Positions 45,874 through 55,948 of a DNA stretch of 58,564 nt are shown here, one piece after another. The notes under the pieces are model-generated. The model saw only the letters and a program-made list of their open reading frames with translations, ran no database searches and was not told where the DNA came from. The position numbers and the translations under genes are program-made. Each line of letters opens with the position of its first letter. Position 1 is the stretch's first letter. This stretch comes from Planctomycetota bacterium (GTDB lineage Bacteria; Planctomycetota; Planctomycetia; Pirellulales; UBA7805): assembly GCA_036146215.1 (NCBI GenBank), contig JAYYJN010000130.1, positions 1-58,564 on the forward strand, given 5' to 3'.

Positions 45874-47784
45874 ATGCGTTCATCAGCTTCGCATCAGAAC
45901 CATTTCCATCTTCCAGGCAATCGCCCTCGTCGCGTCATGCTGCTGCTCGGCAGCGGATGTCTAATTCTCGGAGTTTGCCTCCTGATGCGATGGAGTGCTG
46001 GTTCAAAGGTTGCCCAGGCGCGATCGCGGCCATCGGCAAAGTCAAATCAGTCGAATGAGGTTTTGGCAGATGCTTCAGTCAGACAATGGGTTGCCACTGT
46101 CAATGGAAAAACCATTTCGAGACAGCATTTGGCAGAGGAATGCCTGCGCGAGCATGGCGAGGGTGTGCTAGAGACCGTAATGAATCGACACCTCATTGCT
46201 CTTGAATGCCAAAAACAGAACATCCGTATTTCGGAGGAAGAAATTGATTCAGAAATCGATCGTGTTTCCCGAAGATTCGGCCTGCCTGTTGATCAGTGGT
46301 TGACGCTTTTACAAAACGAGCGCGATATTCCTGCCGATCGCTATCGTCAAGAGATTATTTGGCCCACCGTTGCGCTGCGGCGATTGGCCCGCAAGCAACT
46401 GGCCGTCAGCGACGATGAAATTCAAAGAGAAATCGAGTCCCAGTTCGGGCCGCAAGTTCAGGTAAGGATGATTGTCCTCAGTGATCGTCAGCACGCGGAA
46501 AAAATACGTGGTGCAGCGATGGCTGATCCAGAGAGTTTTGCAAGTTTGGCTGTGAAACATTCGATCGACATCAATAGCGCAAGTTCCGGCGGTCTTGTAC
46601 AACCGATCCGGCGACACATCGGGGAACCGGAGATCGAAGCAGTTGCTTTCAGCTTGCAAGTCGACCAGGTTTCGGACGTGATTGCCGTTGGTGATCAATA
46701 CGTTGTGATGCAGTGTGTTGCTCAACTGCCTGCGAAGTTCCCGAGCGATGCAGAACTGCAGCAAATACGGAATGCAATTACCGAATCAATTCGTGATCGT
46801 AAGCTTCATAAAGCCGGAACCGAATTGTTTCAGGCGTTGCAAGAGCAGGCGAATGTGAAAAATGTACTGAATGATGAGAACCTCCGCCGCAGCATGCCGG
46901 GCGTGGCAGCCACTATTAATGGGCATTCGATCACTACCGATGAATTGGCAGAAGCATGTATTTCACGCCACGGCAAAGAGGTCTTGAGCGGTTTGATCAA
47001 TCGTCAATTAATTGAGATGGAGGTGAGTCGTTCGGGAGTTCAAATTAGTAAGCTTGATCTCGATCAGGAAGTGACACGTGCTGCTCAGGCCGCTGGAGTG
47101 ACTGATCAACAAGGAAACGTCGACTTTGTCAAATGGTATGCCATTATGCAAGAACAACAGAATGTTTCCCAAGCGATGTATCTTGATAAAATTGTATGGC
47201 CAAGTGTTGCATTAAGAAAACTGGTTGCTTCCGAAGTTCAAGTCACCGATGAAGATCTGCAGAAAGCGTATGATGCGAATTACGGACCACGAGTGCGTTG
47301 TCGAGCGATCGTGATGGACAATCTGCGACGTGCTCAAGAAGTTTGGGGCATGTATCGTGCACGACCGACGGTCGAGAATTTCGCTGAACTAGCCAGTCAA
47401 TACTCGATCGACCCGGGCGGGAAATCGCTGGGAGGTGTCGTGCCACCGATTCAGCGACATGGTGGACAGCCAGCGCTCGAGAAAGAGGCATTTCGACTGA
47501 AAAAGGGGGAGCATTCGGGTGTGATTCAGGTGGGGGACAAATTCATTTTCCTGCTATGTGAGGGTGTTACCAAGCCGGTCGAGGTCGATCCAGAAGAAGT
47601 GCAGGACGTACTCCATGCAGATATCCTAGAGAAAAAGCATCGCATCATGATGTCGCGTCGGTTCGAGCAGATTCTCGAGCAAGCAAGTATTCAAAACATG
47701 CTTTATCCAGAGCTATCGCGCACCCCAGCCTCCAAGATAAAAAAATTGAATGCGCGTTCCTCGGCTGCTGACAATCGGGGTTAG
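45874..47784 (+). CDS. SurA/PpiD-like periplasmic foldase: internally duplicated (SurA-N-like chaperone + parvulin-like PPIase) x2
   Basis: AGGAGG (45861-45866) precedes the ATG at 45874. N-terminal TM/signal [18 protein letters not shown]. There are two homologous halves ([24 protein letters not shown]... / [24 protein letters not shown]...). Each ends in a parvulin-like segment ([11 protein letters not shown]...GGLV / [21 protein letters not shown]). Confidence 0.7.
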   Translation: MRSSASHQNHFHLPGNRPRRVMLLLGSGCLILGVCLLMRWSAGSKVAQARSRPSAKSNQSNEVLADASVRQWVATVNGKTISRQHLAEECLREHGEGVLETVMNRHLIALECQKQNIRISEEEIDSEIDRVSRRFGLPVDQWLTLLQNERDIPADRYRQEIIWPTVALRRLARKQLAVSDDEIQREIESQFGPQVQVRMIVLSDRQHAEKIRGAAMADPESFASLAVKHSIDINSASSGGLVQPIRRHIGEPEIEAVAFSLQVDQVSDVIAVGDQYVVMQCVAQLPAKFPSDAELQQIRNAITESIRDRKLHKAGTELFQALQEQANVKNVLNDENLRRSMPGVAATINGHSITTDELAEACISRHGKEVLSGLINRQLIEMEVSRSGVQISKLDLDQEVTRAAQAAGVTDQQGNVDFVKWYAIMQEQQNVSQAMYLDKIVWPSVALRKLVASEVQVTDEDLQKAYDANYGPRVRCRAIVMDNLRRAQEVWGMYRARPTVENFAELASQYSIDPGGKSLGGVVPPIQRHGGQPALEKEAFRLKKGEHSGVIQVGDKFIFLLCEGVTKPVEVDPEEVQDVLHADILEKKHRIMMSRRFEQILEQASIQNMLYPELSRTPASKIKKLNARSSAADNRG

Positions 47785-47873
47785 GTAGCAGGAAGTTCCA
47801 TCCGGTGGGTGGAAAAATTGGGGGGTCGAGTTATTCTGAAGGGTACGCTCCCGCACTCGAAGAGGTTTCCACG

Positions 47874-49118
47874 ATGTCTGTTGACAAAGCCGGATCCGAT
47901 GACCCCGTCGATTACTCCCTGCCGTTTGATGTCAAAGTAGCAGCTCGGGTTCATCGACTCCCACCGTATCTGTTTGGCAGAATCAATAACCTGCTGCTGG
48001 AAAAGCGCCGTGCGGGAAGTGACGTCATTGATTTGGGGATGGGAAATCCCTCCGATCCCCCAGAAGATCTGGTGGTAAAGAAGTTAGTCGAGACGGCCAG
48101 CGACCCCCGGAATCACGGATACAGTCAAGCTGCCGGGTTGCAGAAATTGCGTCAGGAGGTTGCCAGTAAATATCTCACTCACTACGGGGTACGGATTGAT
48201 CCTGAATCAGAAGCGATCGTGTGTATTGGTTCTAAAGAGGGATTCAGTCACATGTGCTTGGCGTTGATGGGCCCGGGAGATACGGCCATCGTTCCCGCAC
48301 CGTACTTTCCGGTGCATGCGTATGCAGTGATGCTCGCCTCGGGCAATACGATAGCGCTGGAAGTCGCCGACAGCCAACAATTTTTATCCAATATTGCTTA
48401 TACCTGTCAGCATCTGTTTCCCAAGCCAAAGTTACTCGTCGTCAATTATCCGCACAACCCGTCGTCTGTGACGGTGGAGGCCGGATTTTTTGATGAGGTG
48501 GTAGCCCTTGCCAAACGATACGGCTTCTACGTAATTAGTGACTTTGCATACGCCGACGTGGCATTTGAGGGGTATAAGCCTCCGAGTTTTCTAGCGGCAA
48601 AAGGTGCAAAAGATGTTGGTGTTGAATTCACCACCATGAGTAAGGGTTACAATATGGCCGGCTGGCGGGTTGGTTTCTGTTGTGGACACCCGGATATGGT
48701 GCGGGCACTGGGCACGATTAAAGCCTACTACGATTACGGTCTTTTCTCTCCGGTTCAGGTCGCTGCTATCATGGCCCTGCGACACACTGAGGCTGCGGTT
48801 AAGCGACAAAGTGAAATCTATCAAAAGCGACGGGACGTACTTTGTGCAGGGCTCGATCGTCTTGGTTGGGATGTTTCGCCGCCCCGAGCGGGGATGTTCT
48901 GCTGGGTTCCGATCCCAGAGCCTTGGCGATCCAAGATGGATTCCATCCAATTTGCCACCATGCTGCTGGAGAGGGGTGATGTTGCTGTCAGTCCTGGCAC
49001 CGGCTTTGGTCCTGCTGGCGAGGGTTTTCTAAGGCTTTCGCTCGTAGAAAATGAAAATCGTCTGCGGCAGGCGGTACGGCAGATTGGACGCTGCCTGGCG
49101 ACGGATCCGGTTGCCTGA
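47874..49118 (+). CDS. Class I/II PLP-dependent aminotransferase (AlaC/AspC-like)
   Basis: [43 protein letters not shown], and [16 protein letters not shown] (PLP-Lys region). ATG at 47874. Confidence 0.85.
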   Translation: MSVDKAGSDDPVDYSLPFDVKVAARVHRLPPYLFGRINNLLLEKRRAGSDVIDLGMGNPSDPPEDLVVKKLVETASDPRNHGYSQAAGLQKLRQEVASKYLTHYGVRIDPESEAIVCIGSKEGFSHMCLALMGPGDTAIVPAPYFPVHAYAVMLASGNTIALEVADSQQFLSNIAYTCQHLFPKPKLLVVNYPHNPSSVTVEAGFFDEVVALAKRYGFYVISDFAYADVAFEGYKPPSFLAAKGAKDVGVEFTTMSKGYNMAGWRVGFCCGHPDMVRALGTIKAYYDYGLFSPVQVAAIMALRHTEAAVKRQSEIYQKRRDVLCAGLDRLGWDVSPPRAGMFCWVPIPEPWRSKMDSIQFATMLLERGDVAVSPGTGFGPAGEGFLRLSLVENENRLRQAVRQIGRCLATDPVA

Positions 49119-49269
49119 AAGAAGCTATTTTCACCGAATCTGGCCTTCCCTCTTCCCCCATGATTTTGGTCCTTACCCCGTTCGCACTATGTCATGCGGC
49201 CACCGCATGGCGGCGGAGAAAAAGCGTGCTATGAAATCGAAAGCAATGAAATAGGATTAGGAAAATCCC

Positions 49270-51360
49270 ATGAAACGTTGGATAATTCGGTTATCGATCT
49301 TGGGTGGCAGCATGGTTTGCGGCTGGTTTGCAATTGCCGAGGTGCAGCGGTCGCAAGAGGACCCGATAATTCGCTCGGTTGCGGCAAATGATGAGGTCCC
49401 TTCTCCGAGTGCATCGACATATCGATCGAATAATGATGTTGGTTTTTCGCAACCATCTCGTCCAGCAGTCATCGATCCGGGCGCCGCGTTTGCGTCTGCA
49501 GCCGATCAAGCATCAAAAGCATCGGGAGCATCGACCAAGGATTCGATTCCCCCAGCAACCAATCCGCCACGTCGCGATGCCTTCGAGCTTGCCCCACCCG
49601 CGGCCGCGGCGGCAGAGGCGACATCCCGCGTCGAGACAAAAGCTACAATAGATCGCTATGCTCAGGCGGCAGTTGGCAACCGTTATCCGAATAGTACACC
49701 AGCGCCCAACGTGCCGGGGTCTTTGCCCGCGGAGATAAAAAATGCAACGCCATTGACGCAACCATCGCCTGGTGCGCCGCGTTATCCGGCGGCGGGTCCC
49801 TCGACCCCTTCGGCGAATGGCCCTGAAAACAGGTATGCATCCCCGCCCCCTCGTGCGACACCGCCTACACCTCCTGTCTCATCGTCCGCGTCTACATCTC
49901 CGAAAAGTTGGGGTAACGTGTCTGCGGCAGTGCCTGCTGCTGCCGCTGGCGCGACGAGCGAAGCGATCGGTCGACCGGGCGGTCGTCATCAAGAAGGCCC
50001 ACAAGGGCCGCAGATGGTTGTCGAAAAGGTGGTGCCTCAAGAGATTCAAGTCGGTAAACCGACCACGTTTGATATCAAAGTAGTCAATCGCGGAAATGTA
50101 ACGGCCTACGATGTGCGAGTGAAAGATGAGATCCCTTATGGCACCCGTCTGCTCAGCACAAAGCCGACAGCGCAGTCGATTCAGGGAGGCGTTATCTGGG
50201 ACCTCGGCCATTTCGAACCCGGGGAGGAAAAATTTGTCGAAGTCCGTCTGATGCCGGAGGCGGAAGGCGAAGTCGGAAGTGTCGCTTCGGTTACATTTGC
50301 CACACGGGCATCTGCTCGAACCCTGGCAACGAGGCCACTCTTGAAGATTGACGCTAGTAGTGCCGGGCAGGTCATGATCGGCGATCAGATTCAAGTAGAT
50401 ATCACAGTTGCTAATCTGGGGAGCGGAATTGCACGAGATGTCGTGCTGTTCGAAACGTTACCGGGAGAGTTGCGTCATCCGGCCGGTGCCGATCTTGAAT
50501 TTGCAGTCGGTGATCTTGCGCCGAAAGAAAGTCGGAAAATTAATTTAGTGATGACCGCGGCCCGGGCCGGAGTCGTTAAAAACGTGCTATCGGCTCGCGG
50601 AGAAGGAAGCCTGTCAGCAGAAACTAATTTCGAGTTTGAGATTATCGCTCCGCAGTTGTCGGTTGCCATTTCAGGACCACGGCGTCGTTATCTGGAGCGG
50701 CAGGCGACTTATACGGTGAAAGTCGCAAATCCCGGAACAGCAGCGGCGCAAGATATCGAGTTGGTTTCGCGGCTACCTCGCGCGATGCAGTTTGTCTCTG
50801 CCAATAACGCGGGCCACTACGATGCCTCAACGCATGCAGTCTACTGGAGTTTGCAGGAACTTCCCGAGGGTGAGCAGGGTCAAGTGCAATTGGTAACCCT
50901 GCCGACTGAGGCGGGTGACCATACGCTCCGAGTTGAAAGCACTGCCCGCGGCGAATTAAGTGACTCCAGCGAGGAGACTGTCAAGGTAGAGGGTCTCTCG
51001 GCACTCTTTTTCGAAGTTGTCGATCTTGAGGATCCGGTGGAGGTGGGTCGCGATACGGCCTACGAAATTCGGGTGCTCAATCAGGGAACCAAAGTGGCGC
51101 GAAACATTATTGTGGCCGCACTCTTGCCGGATGACTTGAAGCCGCTTTCCACCGAAGGGCCGACACAGGGTTCGATTCAGGGAAATCAGGTAGTGTTTCA
51201 ACCGCTGCCACGTCTGGCTCCCAAAGCGGACACTACTTTCACCGTGCGAGCTCAAGGCGTACATCCAGGTGATCAGCGAGTACAGGTTCAAATCCAGAGT
51301 GATGATTTGAAGACTCCGGTGACCAAGGAAGAGAGCACTAAGGTCTATTCCGACCGGTGA
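49270..51360 (+). CDS. DUF11-repeat envelope protein (paralogue of 37211..39769) with N-terminal anchor and long Pro/Ala-rich spacer
   Basis: N-terminal hydrophobic LSILGGSMVCGWFAIA. About 230 aa of P/A/S-rich low complexity. Four DUF11-like repeats follow (VGKPTTFDIKVVNRGNVTAYDVRVKDEIPYGTRL...). The C-terminal domain and terminus (...QIQSDDLKTPVTKEESTKVYSDR) parallel ...RVTSDGQRRPLIKTEDSSVFQDR of the 852-aa protein. Confidence 0.7.
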   Translation: MKRWIIRLSILGGSMVCGWFAIAEVQRSQEDPIIRSVAANDEVPSPSASTYRSNNDVGFSQPSRPAVIDPGAAFASAADQASKASGASTKDSIPPATNPPRRDAFELAPPAAAAAEATSRVETKATIDRYAQAAVGNRYPNSTPAPNVPGSLPAEIKNATPLTQPSPGAPRYPAAGPSTPSANGPENRYASPPPRATPPTPPVSSSASTSPKSWGNVSAAVPAAAAGATSEAIGRPGGRHQEGPQGPQMVVEKVVPQEIQVGKPTTFDIKVVNRGNVTAYDVRVKDEIPYGTRLLSTKPTAQSIQGGVIWDLGHFEPGEEKFVEVRLMPEAEGEVGSVASVTFATRASARTLATRPLLKIDASSAGQVMIGDQIQVDITVANLGSGIARDVVLFETLPGELRHPAGADLEFAVGDLAPKESRKINLVMTAARAGVVKNVLSARGEGSLSAETNFEFEIIAPQLSVAISGPRRRYLERQATYTVKVANPGTAAAQDIELVSRLPRAMQFVSANNAGHYDASTHAVYWSLQELPEGEQGQVQLVTLPTEAGDHTLRVESTARGELSDSSEETVKVEGLSALFFEVVDLEDPVEVGRDTAYEIRVLNQGTKVARNIIVAALLPDDLKPLSTEGPTQGSIQGNQVVFQPLPRLAPKADTTFTVRAQGVHPGDQRVQVQIQSDDLKTPVTKEESTKVYSDR

Positions 51361-51568
51361 GCAGGCAGGCCACACGTCAGTGAAGGTTTGGCCGCATGGT
51401 TTGCCTAGCCGATAAAAACAACGGCAAAACTATTAAATTTTATGTCGTTTCTCCCCCTCCGGTTTGACCGCCCCTGACAACGCAATTATCTTGATTGATG
51501 GGACCGAAAGGCACGGCCCTAGGTCATTCGCAGATCCGTATTCAAGATATTTGAGTGGGAGTGCATTC

Positions 51569-52705
51569 ATGGCGATAGCCGACAGCAAGGCGGGTACCGA
51601 AGCGGAATCTGCTGGAAAGCAACGAGAAGAAGCACAGCAATCAGTCGTTTGTTCCTACAACGAGTGGGATCCGCTGGAGGAGGTGATTGTTGGCCGCGTC
51701 GATGGCGGAGCAGTGCCTCCCTGGCATGTCACCCTCCAGGCAGCTACCCCGCAAGAGTCATGGGAACTTCTCAAATTGCTCTCCGGGAAACCGGCCCCCG
51801 ATGCCATGGTGCAGGCCGCCCAACGCGATCAGGCTGAGTTCGTTGCAATTTTAGAAGCAGAGGGAATAAAAGTCAGAAGGCCCGATCCGATCCCTCAAAC
51901 CGAAAGCTTTCGGAGTCCCGACTGGGAGGTAGAGTCCGCATACAATATTGCCAACCCACGCGATGGCCTGCTCGTGATCGGTGACGAAATTATCGAAACG
52001 CCGATGGCATGGCGCAGTCGCTATTTCGAAATGAATGCATATCGAAGTCTGCTTCAAGAATATTTTAAGGCCGGTGCGCGGTGGACGGCCGCACCTCGTC
52101 CTCGTCTGGCAGATTCACTCTATAACGAGGAATGGAAATTGCCGGAACAAGGAGATCCACTTCAATTTGCGATCAATGAAACGGAGTGTTGTTTTGATGC
52201 AGCCGACTTTGCCCGCTGCGGTCGCGATCTCTTCGTGACACGGAGCAACGTGACTAATTATTTTGGAATTGATTGGCTGCGTCGCCATCTCGGCAGTGAG
52301 TTTTCGATTCATGAAATCAAAACAAAGTCACGGCAGCCCATGCACATTGATACGACGTTTGTTCCGCTCTGTCCGGGTCGGGCGCTCTATAGCCCGGACT
52401 TCTTTGATCCCAGTGATGCCCCGGAAGTGCTGAAGAGTTGGGAACTACTGCCGGCACCGGCACCAGTCAGCACGATGGTGCAAATGATCGATCTGAGCAG
52501 TGCATGGCTGAGCATGAACGTTTTGATGCTTGATGAGAAGCGGGTGATTTGCGAGGCAAGTCAGGAACCGCTCATTGAGAAATTCCGTGAATGGGGCTTC
52601 GAACCAATTCCCTGCCCTTACACGAATCATTACGTGTATGGCGGTGCGTTTCACTGCTCCACACTCGATATCCGCAGGCGAGGTTCATTGCAATCGTATT
52701 TCTAG
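51569..52705 (+). CDS. L-arginine:glycine amidinotransferase-type (AGAT/GATM, StrB1/CyrA family) amidinotransferase
   Basis: SYNEWDPLEEVIVGRVDG, PMAWRSRYFEMNAYRSLLQEYFKAGARWTAAPRP, CFDAADFARCGRDLFVTRSNVTNYFGIDWLRRHLG, PMHIDTTF, WLSMNVLMLDEKRVI, and GGAFHCSTLDIRRRGSLQSYF (catalytic Cys). These are collinear with vertebrate GATM as I recall it. ATG at 51569. Confidence 0.9.
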   Translation: MAIADSKAGTEAESAGKQREEAQQSVVCSYNEWDPLEEVIVGRVDGGAVPPWHVTLQAATPQESWELLKLLSGKPAPDAMVQAAQRDQAEFVAILEAEGIKVRRPDPIPQTESFRSPDWEVESAYNIANPRDGLLVIGDEIIETPMAWRSRYFEMNAYRSLLQEYFKAGARWTAAPRPRLADSLYNEEWKLPEQGDPLQFAINETECCFDAADFARCGRDLFVTRSNVTNYFGIDWLRRHLGSEFSIHEIKTKSRQPMHIDTTFVPLCPGRALYSPDFFDPSDAPEVLKSWELLPAPAPVSTMVQMIDLSSAWLSMNVLMLDEKRVICEASQEPLIEKFREWGFEPIPCPYTNHYVYGGAFHCSTLDIRRRGSLQSYF

Positions 52706-52789
52706 AGTGCAGTGCAGTCCGCGTATGACGCCCATGCTGTAGTTGGTGTAAACCTTCGACACGGTCCGGAATGGTTGCGTGGCACGCGG

Positions 52790-55396
52790 TCAAATCACTT
52801 CCGTCGATTTGCTTTTTGCTTGAAAAAGCTTGCCCGCCGGACTGGCCAAAAGTGAAGGTAGAAAAATAAGATCGCCCACCAGTGCGGCTAGCAATAGAAG
52901 AAACATCAACAAGCCAAACTGGGCGACCGGCTGAAAAGAACTCAGCGAAAAGACGACCAAACCGAGGCCTGCAATCAAGGTGGTTTGCGTCATCGCCAAG
53001 GCGCACCGTCGGTAACTGTAAAGCACCGCTTCTTCGCGACTCATTTCCGCAGCAATTCCGCGACGAAACCATGTGAGAAAGTGGACCGTATCGTCCACTG
53101 CAATTCCCATTGCGACGCTTGCCGTCATCATCGAGCCGATGTCCACAATTCGATCGGTCCACCCCATCCACCCAAAAATGACAGCCGCAGGAAAAACATT
53201 CGGCAGCATCGACACTAATCCCGAAGCGAAGTTTCGGAACCAGACAACCATCATCACAGCAATCAGTAAAAACGCAATTACAAAGCTCTCAAAAAGTCCG
53301 TTCAGTAATTCACGCTGCGCAATATGAAACAGAGGTACCAGTCCCGTATATTCCACATCGACCCCGACAGCATCATCCGCCACAGCCCGCATGATATTAT
53401 CAAATTTTTTTGTCTGGTTGGTTAGCATTACGTCATATTTTTGCTTCACTTTCTCCAAGCATTCTTCCGCGTTCGCGGTGTCTTTGCAGGCTGCGCTCTC
53501 TTCAGCAACTTTTTGCTTCACAAGTTCTTTTAATTTTTTTAATTGCAGTTTTGCCTTCTTTTGTTTTCTCTGACTTTCAGCACTGCGCCTTGCCAGGAAG
53601 CTATCTACGTGCTCTTCGATTTGTAGAATGACTTGGTCATAGTCTTTCTCGCCCGGTCGAATTCGCGCGCTGATTCGCCAGAGGTCTTCCCCAGTTTGCG
53701 GCTCCTCCTCGGTTCCTTCCTTCGCGCTGCCCGTTACACGCGGGACCGGTGCAACTTCCTTCGCTGCGTTTTCATAGCTGTAATAATGGACGTTGTGATA
53801 ATCGGAGCGATTGGCTGCCAGGCGTTTATTCATCACGAACTGCGTGTAATGCCCCTCATCGAGTTCCGGCGCGAACGTGGCGGCCGAAATCGAATGGCTG
53901 ATCAGATCGGATTGATTTTGCTTGAGGTCTTTCTCGATTGCCGATATCAACCGCATCTGACCCAGTGTGGTTAACTTTGACTTTTCGCGGTTGAATGCGA
54001 CCACAATTTCCAGGGGTATCTGGTTGCCGAATCGCTCAGGGGTGGAAAGCCATTCATAGTCGGTGATCAGCCGATGCTTCGGGTCAAAAAAACGAGCTGG
54101 CTTGACCGAAGTGTTGATATAAAGGGATCCAAAGCCGAAGAAAATGAGTAGCCCGATACACGCGCAAAGAATCGGCCAACGGTATGTAATAACTTTTGTA
54201 GCCAACCATTCGACGACTCGATTGAATATTCCGTCGAACGCTGCTTTTGATTCTAAATCGCAACCTTCATTTGCTTTTTTCGCAAATTTCTGAATGAGAA
54301 CAAGCAATGCCGGTAAAAGCAGAAACAGCACCGTAAGGCTCGCAATAATTCCGAGTGCAGAAAATTTTCCGAAATCCTTTACGGGAATAATATTGCTCAC
54401 CGAGAGCGAACCGAGACCGATTGCCGTTGTTCCCGCTGCCAGCGTACAGGGCATCCACCCGAGGCGGATGGCTGTTGCAGGCGCGTTGGTTACACCCTTC
54501 TCAGCGACGGTGTCCTGGTAATAGTTGATTAGGTGCACACCAGCGGAGAGACTAAGAACGTAGACCAGAACGGGCATTACAACGAGTACAAGATTCACGC
54601 GACCCCCAAACACTGGCACCAGGGATTGCGCTAGCAGAGCACTATAAACGGCGACAAAGAAAATGAGCATTGCAAGCGTGAAGCTGTACAAAAGCCCTCG
54701 GATCCAATGTTCGGAGCGGCGACCATGAGCGAAGAAAAAACTGGTGACGGCACAGGTAAGTGCAATCAACATGGAATAGCCAACGAGCGAATCAGTGGCC
54801 CTCTGGCTTTCTACATCCACCGCCGCATTGGTGACCGCGTCTCCCGCCATGTGGATCGAATCAGACGGGATTTTTAAATCGTCAACGAGCAGTTCTCTGA
54901 GCGATGCAATTGCCTCTCGGCGATCATTATCCCCGGCTTCAGTTAATTCAATGACCGCCGCGCTTGATTTGCCATCTTTACCGATCAGAATCGATTCCAA
55001 CCGCTCGCGGGCAAGACTCTCGCTCAAATCGAACGGCTTGGCTTGCAACTTTTCCAGCAATTCCGGACCGGTCGTAACTTTTGCAAACAGCTTTTCACCA
55101 GACTCATTTTTATAATTGCGTGCGAGCGATGCGAACTCGGGAAGTCGCGGGTCGGTCAGTGTGCATCCTTTCCAACTTACGATTGCATACTCATCGGTGC
55201 CGAAATGCGCACGAAATTCGGCATAAATTTTTGTTTCATCAAAATTATTTTCTGGGAGCCACTGTTTTATGTTGTTGTTGTTGGTTTCTTCGGATTTGAT
55301 CACGCTCAGTGTGATCGGATAGATCGACACCAGGGATGCAATTAAGATCCAAAGATAAAAGCGATCGTAAAAGGTTGATCGGTTTAATTCCGACAT
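52790..55396 (-). CDS. MMPL/RND-superfamily exporter (HpnN/MmpL-like, two 6-TM bundles) with a charged coiled-coil-like insertion
   Basis: There are two blocks of hydrophobic helices, each preceded by a large soluble loop. A lysine-rich insert (QRKQKKAKLQLKKLKELVKQKVAEE...) lies between them. The C-terminal bundle motif MGIAVDDTVHFL is typical of the RND/SSD family. The ATG at 55396 is preferred over the TTG at 55432. Confidence 0.8.
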   Translation of the reverse strand: MSELNRSTFYDRFYLWILIASLVSIYPITLSVIKSEETNNNNIKQWLPENNFDETKIYAEFRAHFGTDEYAIVSWKGCTLTDPRLPEFASLARNYKNESGEKLFAKVTTGPELLEKLQAKPFDLSESLARERLESILIGKDGKSSAAVIELTEAGDNDRREAIASLRELLVDDLKIPSDSIHMAGDAVTNAAVDVESQRATDSLVGYSMLIALTCAVTSFFFAHGRRSEHWIRGLLYSFTLAMLIFFVAVYSALLAQSLVPVFGGRVNLVLVVMPVLVYVLSLSAGVHLINYYQDTVAEKGVTNAPATAIRLGWMPCTLAAGTTAIGLGSLSVSNIIPVKDFGKFSALGIIASLTVLFLLLPALLVLIQKFAKKANEGCDLESKAAFDGIFNRVVEWLATKVITYRWPILCACIGLLIFFGFGSLYINTSVKPARFFDPKHRLITDYEWLSTPERFGNQIPLEIVVAFNREKSKLTTLGQMRLISAIEKDLKQNQSDLISHSISAATFAPELDEGHYTQFVMNKRLAANRSDYHNVHYYSYENAAKEVAPVPRVTGSAKEGTEEEPQTGEDLWRISARIRPGEKDYDQVILQIEEHVDSFLARRSAESQRKQKKAKLQLKKLKELVKQKVAEESAACKDTANAEECLEKVKQKYDVMLTNQTKKFDNIMRAVADDAVGVDVEYTGLVPLFHIAQRELLNGLFESFVIAFLLIAVMMVVWFRNFASGLVSMLPNVFPAAVIFGWMGWTDRIVDIGSMMTASVAMGIAVDDTVHFLTWFRRGIAAEMSREEAVLYSYRRCALAMTQTTLIAGLGLVVFSLSSFQPVAQFGLLMFLLLLAALVGDLIFLPSLLASPAGKLFQAKSKSTEVI

Positions 55397-55624
55397 GCCA
55401 GATATTCCAGCAAGCTGGGGCCCAAAAGCCAACAGTGACGAGGAATTTTTTAGGGTGGGACAACTCTAAGGATTGCGCAAGAAAAAATTCTTAACGCGAT
55501 CGACTGGGCAGGTTCATTTTGATCGCTCTCCCAGCAGTACGTTATCATACCAACGCAGTCTAATGGTTTGGCAGACTGATATTTCTACTCTTTCCTGCAA
55601 TGGAAACACAGAGCCGGGAGTAAA

Positions 55625-55652
55625 ACGCAGAAACTACGACGATTTTCTGCGT
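55625..55652. other. 9-bp perfect hairpin (ACGCAGAAA-10 nt-TTTCTGCGT) in the divergent intergenic region; on the minus strand it is followed by TTTT
   Basis: Read directly. It lies about 200-230 nt upstream of the MMPL start, so it may be a 5-prime-UTR structure or attenuator. No further support. Confidence 0.3.
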
Positions 55653-55948
55653 GGGTAGACTACGCTGATTATGGCAATTCCTTGGCTCGTAGGAAACGAT
55701 TAACGCATTTAAACTCGATATTTCAGGCCAAAATTGGTTGAAGAGCTGAAAGCGGGGGGGTATGCTAGGGTTCCCGTGCAGAAGGCCCTTTAAGAGGGAT
55801 TTCTGGATCGGATGCAAGGAGCAAAAATGCGAAGGATTGGTGAGACACGCGGGTATGCGTGCTCGGATGCGCGACATGGATCGTGACATTTACCCGCGAT
55901 AGATGAAGACCGAACAAGCACGTATCACCCGGCTCGACCAATCCAAAG

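Noticed and set aside
55765-55860. Possible guanidine-I (ykkC) riboswitch upstream of the reductase-transaminase gene
   Set aside because: Only the CTAGGGTTCC core and a loose GGTGAGACACGCGGG match are present. The spacing is longer than I expect. The highly conserved 3-prime element (…AAAAGCCCGGGAGA hairpin) is missing. A 10-mer match in about 117 kb of two-strand sequence is not very improbable. It is kept only as a low-priority cmsearch check within the intergenic-region finding.
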